Shown here piece after piece: positions 41,948 through 50,680 of a stretch of DNA of 64,000 bases; the stretch's first letter is position 1; the number at the start of each line of letters is the position of its first letter. Position numbers and translations under genes: made by a program. The notes under the pieces are model-generated. The model searched no databases. It was not told the DNA's origin and saw nothing but the letters and a program-made list of their open reading frames with translations. The DNA comes from an uncultured Candidatus Saccharibacteria bacterium. GTDB taxonomy: Bacteria > Patescibacteriota > Minisyncoccia > 2-02-FULL-40-12 > GWA2-44-9. The stretch spans positions 26,425 to 90,424 of the forward strand of contig CAZENF010000003.1 in assembly GCA_964513645.1 (NCBI GenBank), given 5' to 3'.

Positions 41948-43540
41948 ATGCCTTGGTATAAAAAGAAAAAATGGTGGGCGGTTATGGCTGTTGCGGCGTT
42001 TGTCGTACTCTATTTCGGGTTTTTCCGTTCAGCCAAAAAACCGACTTATGAAATGATAACCTCAAAAAGAGGCGACCTGGTTCAGGAAGTCAGTGTAACC
42101 GGAAGAACAAAACCGGCGCAGTCCGTTGATATGCAGTTTGAGGCGTCCGGCCGCGTTGCCGCAATAAACTACAAGGCCGGAGACAAGATTAAGGCCGGAA
42201 CGGTTATCTTAAGTCTCGACAACCAAGATTTGAAAGCGCAGGTTCTCGAAAAAGAAGGCGCTCTCGAAGCCGCTAAAGCCGATCTGGATAAAACGATAAA
42301 GAACTTTAATTCTCTTAATGACTCCAATTTGTCGACATCTTTAAGAACCTCGCTTCAGAATGCTCAATCCAACCTCGATCAGGTTCAGAAAAAAGCCGCC
42401 GGTGATCTGGCGACCAAATATAATTCCGCTTTTAACATGATGCGCGAGGGGATAACCCAACTCGACAGTGGTTCGATCGTGCTCGAGAATATGAGGACTA
42501 CTTACTTCAGCGTCATTACGACCTGGAATTCCGCCATCCAGGATTATCAGAAGAATGTTGCCAGTTATGTTTCCCAGGCACGGAGTGCTTTTCCTGGTAT
42601 TGATCAGGCGAATATAACCATAAACACGGATTCGTACAATCAGATAGATGCTTCGCTGCAAAAACTTACGGTTGCCTGCCAGTATTTAACTTCGGCCTAC
42701 GGATATATCCAGGATATAATTCAGGGTCCGGGCCAGGTTTCATCAACCGACCGCACTACTATAAATACAGAAGCATCAACGATGGCCTCGACTCTTTCGG
42801 ATATTTCAAGCGCAGGTCGGGCGGTGGCGGACCAGAAAATTTTAAATGATAAAAATGTTTCCGATGCCCAGGCACAGCTCGCTTCAGCCCAGAGCGCATT
42901 TCCGACCCAGGAAGATATTGCTCAGAAAAATGCGGCGGTAAAACAAGCCCAGGCCGCGCTCTTGGCAGCCCAGGCCCAGCTTAACAACTCTCTGGTCATT
43001 GCACCTTTTGACGGAGTTGTCGGTAAGATCGATGTCGATCTCGGCCAGACTGTAAATTCATCCACCATCGTGGCTTCAATGATATCCTCGGCCGGTTACC
43101 AGCTTGAAGCCGATATTACGGAAGTTGATATATCCAAGCTTCATGTCGGAGAAAGCGCTGTCTTCACTCTGGACTCCTACGGTCAGGAAGTTAAATTTAA
43201 CGCGAAAGTAACTGCAATCGATACTTCCGAAACAGTTATCGAAGGGGTGACGACATATAAAACAACTCTTGATCTTGCCGATGCGGCCAACTATGATATC
43301 CGTCCTAATATGACCGCCAATATCGATGTTGAAACCGCGAGGAAAGCCGATGTTATCTCGATACCTCAAAGAGCGGTTATAACCAAGAACGGCGTAAAAC
43401 TTATCCGGATATATCATGGCGCCAAACTTCCGCTTGAAGAAAGATCAGTTCAGCTCGGTATCACCGGTAAGGACGGCTATGTTGAAGTTGTCAGCGGTCT
43501 GTCCGAAGGCGAGCAGGTTATAACATTTGTAACCAATTAA
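41948..43540 (+). CDS. Efflux membrane-fusion/adaptor protein (MacA/HlyD-like) with long coiled coil
   Basis: APFDGVV, EVDISKL, RPNMTA, SGLSEGEQV. Confidence 0.88.
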   Translation: MPWYKKKKWWAVMAVAAFVVLYFGFFRSAKKPTYEMITSKRGDLVQEVSVTGRTKPAQSVDMQFEASGRVAAINYKAGDKIKAGTVILSLDNQDLKAQVLEKEGALEAAKADLDKTIKNFNSLNDSNLSTSLRTSLQNAQSNLDQVQKKAAGDLATKYNSAFNMMREGITQLDSGSIVLENMRTTYFSVITTWNSAIQDYQKNVASYVSQARSAFPGIDQANITINTDSYNQIDASLQKLTVACQYLTSAYGYIQDIIQGPGQVSSTDRTTINTEASTMASTLSDISSAGRAVADQKILNDKNVSDAQAQLASAQSAFPTQEDIAQKNAAVKQAQAALLAAQAQLNNSLVIAPFDGVVGKIDVDLGQTVNSSTIVASMISSAGYQLEADITEVDISKLHVGESAVFTLDSYGQEVKFNAKVTAIDTSETVIEGVTTYKTTLDLADAANYDIRPNMTANIDVETARKADVISIPQRAVITKNGVKLIRIYHGAKLPLEERSVQLGITGKDGYVEVVSGLSEGEQVITFVTN

Positions 43541-44272
43541 ATGCCAGGCGAAGATAACAAAATAATCAATATCCGTGGTCTCGAAAAGATATACGGAGAC
43601 GACGGAAGCGAAACTCCCGCACTTCGCGGGGTTTCTTTTGATATTCACAAAGGTGAATTTTTGGCGATAATGGGACCCTCCGGTTCCGGTAAATCAACCC
43701 TTCTCCACATTCTCGGTTTTTTGGACCGTCCAACTGGCGGCAGTTATATTTTTGAAGGCCGGGACATGAACAGTTATGACGATAATTCTTTGGCCAGTCT
43801 CCGTAACAAAAAATTCGGATTTATTTTCCAGGCATTCAATCTTCTGGCCAAAGCCAGCGTACTTGAGAACGTTAAACTTCCGCTGATGTATGCGGATATT
43901 CCGGAATCTCGTCAGAACGAGATGGCGACCAAAGCCATCGAAATCGTCGGTCTCACTAACCGTATAAATCATGAGTCGGGGAAATTATCGGGTGGTGAGA
44001 AACAAAGGGTTGCTATTGCGCGTGCGCTGGTCAATGATCCGGAAGTGATTTTTGCCGACGAGCCGACCGGCAATCTCGATTCAAAATCAGGCGGGCAGGT
44101 GATGGAATTTATAGAAAATCTGCACGACCATGGCCACACCGTCATCCTTATCACCCACGAAACTTACACCGCAGAATATGCCGAAAGGATAATTAAATTA
44201 AAGGACGGCGGGATTGAAAGCGATGAAAAAGTTATCAGCCGTCATCATCAGGGCGAAAGCTTCAGAAAATAA
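43541..44272 (+). CDS. ABC ATPase (MacB/LolD type)
   Basis: GPSGSGKS, LSGGEKQRVAIARAL, ADEPTGNLD. Confidence 0.93.
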   Translation: MPGEDNKIINIRGLEKIYGDDGSETPALRGVSFDIHKGEFLAIMGPSGSGKSTLLHILGFLDRPTGGSYIFEGRDMNSYDDNSLASLRNKKFGFIFQAFNLLAKASVLENVKLPLMYADIPESRQNEMATKAIEIVGLTNRINHESGKLSGGEKQRVAIARALVNDPEVIFADEPTGNLDSKSGGQVMEFIENLHDHGHTVILITHETYTAEYAERIIKLKDGGIESDEKVISRHHQGESFRK

Positions 44273-45510
44273 TGACCATACGCAATACATTCAAAACGGC
44301 GGTCAGAGGTCTTACGAGCCACCGGTCGCGTTCAATGCTGACGATCTTAGGCATTGTCATCGGCATTACCGCCATCATGATCGTTATGGCGGTCAGCCAG
44401 GGCGCTAAGGACCTCATTCTTTCCCAGATCCAGGGCCTGGGTTCACAGACGATAATTGTCCGGGCCGGACGCGAGCCGCGGGGACCTTCGGATTTTACTT
44501 CGATATTTACAACTTCGCTTAAAGATCGGGAAGTCGAAGCTTTAAAAAATCCGGCTCTTGTCCGAGGAGTAGTTGCGGTTGCGCCGAATGTTGTCGGTTC
44601 CGGGACGGCGGTTTATAACAGTCAGACCAAAAACGCGACTCTTTTGGGCACTACTCCCGACATTCTTCAGGCTCTTCAGATATCTCCACGCTATGGTACT
44701 TTTATCGACCAGAACGATGTTCTGGGCCGGACAAGTGTTGCGGTAATAGGCTATCAGGTCAAACAGGATCTTTTCGGTGATTCGGATGCGGTCGGGGAAA
44801 ATATAAAATTTTATAACCGGAGTTTTAAGGTCATCGGTACTTTTGATAAGATCGGTCAAATCGGCGCTTTTGATATGGACAACACTGTTGTTGTACCGGC
44901 TACGACAGCTAATCAGTACCTTTTGGGTGCCGACCACTATACCGTGATAATGGTCAGGGTGAGTTCGGAAAAAATAGTTGAACAAGCCGCTGATGATATC
45001 CGCCAGACCTTACGTGAACTCCATAACATAACCGATCCTGACAAGGACGATTTCTTTGTTGCGACTCAAGCTGACCTCGCAGCCAGAGTCGGGACAATCA
45101 CCGGAGTTTTATCCGCGCTCCTATTGTCGGTTGCGGCAATTTCATTGGTTGTAGGAGGTGTCGGTATCATGAACATCATGCTTGTTTCAGTGACCGAAAG
45201 AACTCGCGAAATAGGTTTACGCAAAGCGGTCGGAGCCACGACGGGGGACATTCTGAAACAATTCCTTTTTGAATCAGTACTTCTAACCAGTACCGGCGGA
45301 GTGGTTGGCATAACTTTGGGCGCGATACTTTCTTTTTTGATGTCGATAGTTTTGACCCAAGCACTCGGAGTTAACTGGCATTTTGCTTTTCCTGTTGAAG
45401 GAGCTTTAATCGGGTTCGGGGTTTCAGCCGTGGTTGGACTTGTCTTCGGCCTTTATCCGGCCAGGCAGGCATCTCAAAAAAGTCCTATCGAAGCTCTTCG
45501 CTACGAATAA
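44272..45510 (+). CDS. ABC permease (MacB/FtsX type)
   Basis: RSMLTILGIVIG, GIMNIMLVSVTERTREIG, PIEALRYE. Confidence 0.93.
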   Translation: MTIRNTFKTAVRGLTSHRSRSMLTILGIVIGITAIMIVMAVSQGAKDLILSQIQGLGSQTIIVRAGREPRGPSDFTSIFTTSLKDREVEALKNPALVRGVVAVAPNVVGSGTAVYNSQTKNATLLGTTPDILQALQISPRYGTFIDQNDVLGRTSVAVIGYQVKQDLFGDSDAVGENIKFYNRSFKVIGTFDKIGQIGAFDMDNTVVVPATTANQYLLGADHYTVIMVRVSSEKIVEQAADDIRQTLRELHNITDPDKDDFFVATQADLAARVGTITGVLSALLLSVAAISLVVGGVGIMNIMLVSVTERTREIGLRKAVGATTGDILKQFLFESVLLTSTGGVVGITLGAILSFLMSIVLTQALGVNWHFAFPVEGALIGFGVSAVVGLVFGLYPARQASQKSPIEALRYE

Positions 45511-45537
45511 AAAAATCCCCCAGAAGGAGGATTTGTT

Positions 45538-46134
45538 CTATTCGGGCAAACTATGACAGGTTCGGCATCTTGCTTCGTAAATATTTTCACCGCCGACGAC
45601 GACGGCATCTTTTTTGTCGCCGGCTTTATAATAGGTCATTTCGGCGCTCGGCGGCCACTGGCGGCATTTGAAACAAACAGCCAGCATTTTGTCGGTCCGG
45701 TGGGACATTGCCATGAAGTGCGGCATCGGTCCGAAAGGGTCGCCTTCGGAGGTCATATCGAGTCCTGAAATTATTATCGTCAGGCCGTGGTAAGGTTTAA
45801 ATGCCATCAGCATTTTCACAAGCTCGACGAATTTTAAATCAAAAAATTGGCCTTCATCCATGGCCAAAATATCTGGTTTATGGGATTCGAGAAGGGTGAG
45901 CACCTGTTCAGGTAATTCGACCGGGAAAGCTGGAAAGTCCGAGAATTTTTCGAATTCAGTGTCGTCGTGGTTCTTTTTTCTGCGCGAATAAATTTCACGT
46001 CCGCAGCGGGTATCTCTGACCGGTTTCAAGACCAGAGGCTTTTTCTTGGCATGCATTGCAACGTTTAGACGTCGTATCAATTCTTCAGATTTGCCTGAAA
46101 ACATCGGTCCGGTAATGACTTCCAACCGTGCCAT
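45538..46134 (-). CDS. tdk: Thymidine kinase
   Basis: GPMFSGKSEEL, DEGQFF, GLD, YEARCRTC. Confidence 0.93.
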   Translation of the reverse strand: MARLEVITGPMFSGKSEELIRRLNVAMHAKKKPLVLKPVRDTRCGREIYSRRKKNHDDTEFEKFSDFPAFPVELPEQVLTLLESHKPDILAMDEGQFFDLKFVELVKMLMAFKPYHGLTIIISGLDMTSEGDPFGPMPHFMAMSHRTDKMLAVCFKCRQWPPSAEMTYYKAGDKKDAVVVGGENIYEARCRTCHSLPE

Positions 46135-46192
46135 GGTTTTGCCCCGCCCATGGTTAAAAGTGCTTCATATATTTTATCACCAAATTCTATAG

Positions 46193-46750
46193 TTACAAGT
46201 TGTTGGTCTGTTCACGGCCGGTCGAGAGTTTTTTGACCTCGCAATTCGCCCATAATCCGAGGTTTGCAGTTTTGGCCGACAATTCAGCCGAACTGAATTG
46301 TTCTGACTTTGAGGTGTCAGGTGCGTATTTGTAAGCAAAAGCAAAACCGCCTTTGACCAATTCTAAATTTACAAAAGTTCCGTCCGAAAGGTAAACATAA
46401 CCGAGCCAGCGACCGTATTTGTCCTGTCCGGAAATGTCTTTATAAAAAGTTATATATTTTCCTTCAACGAGTTTTCTGTTCTCTTCGGCCGCTTCTTTGG
46501 CGTAGCATTGGACCGGTTTGCGTGGGTCAACTTCTTCTGGCGTATCAATCCCGACGTAGCGTAGACGTTCTCCGTTCATGAGTTCGACAGTATCTCCGTC
46601 GACGGCTTTGAGGACCTTTATCGGTCGGCCGTATTCGGCTTTAACTGAACGGTCGTACACCAGAGCGGTCCCGCCGGGGCCGGCTTTATGGTAGGCCGAA
46701 AGAGCGATGAGGGTCAGACCGGCGATAAGATAAATTAGTTTTCTTTTCAT
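46193..46750 (-). CDS. Thermonuclease (SNase family)
   Basis: DGDT, RYVGIDTPE, DKYGRWLGYV, GLW. Confidence 0.92.
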   Translation of the reverse strand: MKRKLIYLIAGLTLIALSAYHKAGPGGTALVYDRSVKAEYGRPIKVLKAVDGDTVELMNGERLRYVGIDTPEEVDPRKPVQCYAKEAAEENRKLVEGKYITFYKDISGQDKYGRWLGYVYLSDGTFVNLELVKGGFAFAYKYAPDTSKSEQFSSAELSAKTANLGLWANCEVKKLSTGREQTNNL

Positions 46751-46751
46751 T

Positions 46752-47249
46752 CTATTTTAAGGTCCACCATCGGACCAGAATGACACCGAGTGCTATCAAA
46801 ATCTGGTAGGTGATACCCGGTAAGGGCTTGTGGTCAAGGAATGTTTTCGAATGTATCCAGACGTGGAAACGCTGAAGAGTTGCTATCGGTTCGTGGCGCC
46901 ATTTCCAGTAAACAAATTGAAGCGGGTCGGGGAGTATTCCGCCGACAACTCCTGCGACGATTATCCAAAAAGGAACGTTTAACCAGCTGAACACCAGATA
47001 AGAAACGGCCAAGCCAAGAAAAGCATCAAGGCCAATATTGAAAAGGTCCCGGTAAAACTGGCGGTTAATGAGCATGTCTTCAGCCATCATGTCCTCTTCT
47101 CTGACAAAAGAACCGACCGGATAATGCCAATGAGGTATCATGTCGGCGACGAAGTGACTGCCAAAAGCAACTGAAAAAGCAAGCACTGGGTGGTTGGGAA
47201 ATAAACTTGCCGCTGCGGCTCCTATTACTGCATGGGTACTTAAAACCAT
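46752..47249 (-). CDS. Membrane protein, putative metal-dependent hydrolase
   Basis: H...SHFVADMIPH, LPD, H..IH. Confidence 0.6.
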   Translation of the reverse strand: MVLSTHAVIGAAAASLFPNHPVLAFSVAFGSHFVADMIPHWHYPVGSFVREEDMMAEDMLINRQFYRDLFNIGLDAFLGLAVSYLVFSWLNVPFWIIVAGVVGGILPDPLQFVYWKWRHEPIATLQRFHVWIHSKTFLDHKPLPGITYQILIALGVILVRWWTLK

Positions 47250-47313
47250 AAGTAGGTATGATTATAACTAAAAAAACACCGTTTGTCGATGTTTTCTTAG
47301 TTTTTAGCCTTGC

Positions 47314-47763
47314 TTATTGTCCGGTTAATTCACTGGCTGAATTTGCACTGTCGGTTACGTTTGACGAACCCCGGCAGGATTTAACTGCTGACCGGAAAGT
47401 TGTCCAGGCCGAGTTGCGGGATGTCCTCCAGGTCTTGGAAGCGCTTTTTGCGGAAGTAGAAAAATTCAACCACGCAGCTCTAATGGCTGACCGTATCGAT
47501 GAGGTCGTGACGTTCTGATAGGCCGTCTGAAGGGCTGTTGTGCGGGCGGTGTAGGCCGACCCTATGGCCTGGGCATAAGTTCCGAAAGCCGAGTCTATCG
47601 CGGCTTCTCTCGTGCTGACCGCGGCGGCGACACAGGCTATGATTGCCGGATTTGGCGTGGCTTTTGGAGACGGGGTTGTTGAAGTTGAGTCTTTGGCCAG
47701 TACCGTCAGACCGGAAGCCATTATCACTGCAGCCATGGATAACCCTAAAATTTTATTGCTCAT
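47314..47763 (-). CDS. Exported Ala/Thr-rich helical protein
   Basis: Signal peptide; two Cys bracket an amphipathic helix region. Confidence 0.65.
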   Translation of the reverse strand: MSNKILGLSMAAVIMASGLTVLAKDSTSTTPSPKATPNPAIIACVAAAVSTREAAIDSAFGTYAQAIGSAYTARTTALQTAYQNVTTSSIRSAIRAAWLNFSTSAKSASKTWRTSRNSAWTTFRSAVKSCRGSSNVTDSANSASELTGQ

Positions 47764-47866
47764 TTTTATTAAAAGTTTTAATTATTTTTTTCGACCCTAT
47801 TATATTACGTATTATACAACATTTTCGGTGCCATTCAAAAAGGCAAATAAAAACCGCTTTCGCGGT

Positions 47867-48298
47867 TTATCCGATATTTATTAAAAGCAGGATGCCGGTA
47901 ATTATCGTACCGGTCGCTGCTATTAGGCAGTTTTTAGCAATCCATCCGTGGAGTCGGGGGTGCTCAAGACCAGTAACTAAAAACTTGGCGGTTACGAATG
48001 TGCCACAAAAAGCGACATTAAAAAGTTCGTGAACCCAGAAAAGATGGCTGTGATAATTGGGGCCCGGAATTTTCTGAAGTCTTATCATGATCTCGGTAAA
48101 CACAACTAAGGCGATAGTGGTGACCATTACGGCGTTGCCGAAGAATGTATGATATTTAAACCAAATGTAGCTTGCCGTGTTTGAATATTCCGGGTCGACA
48201 TTGAAGGACCTGGATATTTTGAGCATGCGTCCACAGAAAGCGGTGCCCACCAGAGAACAGACCATTAATACCAGCAAGGTATGAAGGATAAAGAGCAT
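47867..48298 (-). CDS. 4-TM membrane protein (DUF420-like)
   Basis: Four hydrophobic segments with His residues. Confidence 0.55.
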   Translation of the reverse strand: MLFILHTLLVLMVCSLVGTAFCGRMLKISRSFNVDPEYSNTASYIWFKYHTFFGNAVMVTTIALVVFTEIMIRLQKIPGPNYHSHLFWVHELFNVAFCGTFVTAKFLVTGLEHPRLHGWIAKNCLIAATGTIITGILLLINIG

Positions 48299-48411
48299 TT
48301 GAATCTTTTAGTTGTAAAAGAGATATAAAATTATGTTAAATAAATTTATCCAATTTAGCAAGTAAAAACCGGAGCCCCGCCACAGGCGGGGCTCCGGTTG
48401 GTCCTTTTTAA

Positions 48412-49266
48412 CTACGGCGTTGGTGTCGGAGTAGGGGTTACAATCGGCGTGGGCGTCGGAGTCGGCGTAGCCGTCGGCGTTGGTGTCGGAGTAGGAGTAG
48501 CCGTCGGCGTTGGCGTTGCAGTAGGTGTAGGGGTTGCTGTTGGGATTGGCGTTGGTGTTGCCGTCGGGACGGGAGTCGCGGTTGGGACAGGGGTGGCTGT
48601 CGGAGCCGGTGTTGCCGTTGGAACTGGTGTTGCTGTTGGGGTCGGGGTCGGGGTCGGACTGTTTAGACAGCGGTTTTTAGGCAGTTTAAGGTCATGAGGA
48701 TTTATATTGTGAAGGGCCATCAGGATTCCTTTCCGGGCTGCGTTCTGGGCTTCGGGACTCATGCCATCATAAGCGGCAAGAATTGCCTTGTAAGCCGCAA
48801 TCGGGTCGGAGGTACTGTCGCATATCGGCTTTTTAGGAAGAGTTTCAACCCAGGCAAGTAAAGTGGACATGGCCGAGTTTATCGCATCGATATATGTCTG
48901 TTTATCCGAAGCGCTCATGGTGCCTGGCGCGCGAATCGCTTCTTCGTAGGATTTTACAGCTTTAAAAAGAGCGCCGTAGTATTTTTTCTCGTCGGAACTA
49001 TTTATATCTTTCAAAACTTGCCCGATGTCTTTGCCATGAAAGAATTTTGCTCCTTCATTATCAACCGGACGTCCGAACGACGCCATATATACCTGATTTA
49101 AAGTATTATCATCGACTCCTTGACTGACTCCCTGGTTGTTCTGGTCTTCTGAATCATGGGCGGATGCCGATGGAATATAATTTCGGGCCATTATGAGGCC
49201 GGACATAACTCCGACCGACAGAACGGCGACCATTGTTATTATTGTTATTTTTTTCGATATATACAT
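48412..49266 (-). CDS. Exported protein with C-terminal Pro-Thr repeat tail
   Basis: About 80 aa of PT/PTAT repeats encoded at 48415-48660. Confidence 0.75.
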   Translation of the reverse strand: MYISKKITIITMVAVLSVGVMSGLIMARNYIPSASAHDSEDQNNQGVSQGVDDNTLNQVYMASFGRPVDNEGAKFFHGKDIGQVLKDINSSDEKKYYGALFKAVKSYEEAIRAPGTMSASDKQTYIDAINSAMSTLLAWVETLPKKPICDSTSDPIAAYKAILAAYDGMSPEAQNAARKGILMALHNINPHDLKLPKNRCLNSPTPTPTPTATPVPTATPAPTATPVPTATPVPTATPTPIPTATPTPTATPTPTATPTPTPTPTATPTPTPTPIVTPTPTPTP

Positions 49267-49440
49267 TTGTACTGACTGTAGCCGTGTTTGTTTATAAAAC
49301 CAGCTCTGCTAGTTTTAGCTCAAAAACAAGGCTTTTTATAGTGTTTTACATACTTAAGACGAGACGACCGGGTGAATATTACACAAAAACGGTCCAACAA
49401 AAAAGAGGCACTTTTGAACCCCTTTTTTGTTCAGAGATAT

Positions 49441-49746
49441 TTATTGCTGATAATAGTACCAGTTTTGGCCGTTGCCCATCATGTTGTTGCCTTGCATCAT
49501 CCGCGCTCCGCCCTGCATCATATTGCCGTCATAACCTCGGTAGTAATTTCTGAATTCGGCTTTAAATTCACCGACCTTAACTCCGATACAGAAAACAATC
49601 ACAAATGAAACTAAGCAGAAAAGAATTTTAAGCATATAGTGCTTGCGCCAGTGATAACCGCCGTGCATCCCGCCTGACCAACCTTTGCAGGACGGGCAGG
49701 CGCACCAACTCTCTCCTCCGCCGTTTTTGTTTTGTTCGTCCGTCAT
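49441..49746 (-). CDS. Small membrane protein
   Basis: TM helix, GVKVGEFK, Gly/Met-rich tail. Confidence 0.6.
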   Translation of the reverse strand: MTDEQNKNGGGESWCACPSCKGWSGGMHGGYHWRKHYMLKILFCLVSFVIVFCIGVKVGEFKAEFRNYYRGYDGNMMQGGARMMQGNNMMGNGQNWYYYQQ

Positions 49747-49834
49747 AGTATTTAAATTTTTTGTTAAATTTTAACTCGACCCTTTTGTAATTGTATCACA
49801 AAAATTAATTTATGTTCAAAAGAAAACCGGCATC

Positions 49835-50041
49835 TTAAGAGCCGGTATCGGGCCAATGGTCAAGAGCCATTTCGGTTTGGATGGAGGTAAGAGCATTGGT
49901 TTTAAGGTTTCTCAACCTGGCTAAACATTCAGACTTATTTAACAAAAAACTCTGGCCGCTTAATGGGTCTAAGAATTCAGCATAAACATTCTGACCGATA
50001 GTCTTGTAGCCAAGAAAGTTAACCTGTGCCTGATAATCCAT
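49835..50041 (-). CDS. Hypothetical protein
   Basis: 68-aa ORF downstream of TTGACA and a -10-like sequence. Confidence 0.5.
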   Translation of the reverse strand: MDYQAQVNFLGYKTIGQNVYAEFLDPLSGQSFLLNKSECLARLRNLKTNALTSIQTEMALDHWPDTGS

Positions 50042-50127
50042 GTATGATGCATATAAAGCAACTTCCTAATCTATAATCTTGTAAAATCTGTCTTGTCAAT
50101 TATGATTTTCGGGTTCTATTTCCCGGG

Positions 50128-50156
50128 TTGAATTTAATTTATTTTTTAGGTAGAAT
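50128..50156 (+). promoter_or_regulatory. Candidate promoter for tRNA-Asn
   Basis: TTGAAT-17 nt-TAGAAT. Confidence 0.5.
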
Positions 50157-50420
50157 AATTATTGTAATTTGTATATTCCGAAACGGGCCATTGAGCTACG
50201 CCGGAATAAGAATTCCGGGGCTCTCCAATAAGGGTGGGCAAGTAGCGAAATGGGCGAAATACAAATGTCTTTGTATTTCGCGGGTTTTTCAGCAGAAAAA
50301 CCCAAGTTTTCAAAAAATAAGCGACGGCGCAATTTTTTGAAAAAGCGGCTCAGTCCTGAGCGTGAGCGAAGGACATCCGCTCTGCCATGCTATCCGGAAT
50401 AAAAATTGAAAATTTTATAT

Positions 50421-50680
50421 TCCGGCGTAGCTCAATGGTAGAGCGGCTCCCTGTGAAATGAATCGCAGCTTTCCATCGAAAGGTGGATTGAAACACTTCG
50501 GGATATCGGTGAAGCCCTAATTCGAAAGAATGGGTAATACCGAGGGAACCCGCAAGGGGCACCGTAGAGACTAGATACCGAAGCACCCTTTTTGGGGTGA
50601 TGATATAGTCCACACCATACGAAAGTATTGGGCAACGTGTAAGGAGATGGTTCCAGGTTCGAGTCCTGGCGCCGGAGCCA
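50421..50680 (+). tRNA. tRNA-Asn(GTT), intron-split (exons 50421-50454 and 50640-50680)
   Basis: TCCGGCG/CGCCGGA stem; spliced anticodon loop CT-GTT-AA; CCAGG-TTCGAGT-CCTGG T-arm; G73, CCA. Confidence 0.93.

Noticed and set aside
48398-48697. 99-aa (GV)n ORF on the + strand
   Set aside because: It is the antisense shadow of the Pro-Thr repeat tail of 48412-49266, and it is neither a CRISPR array nor a separate gene.
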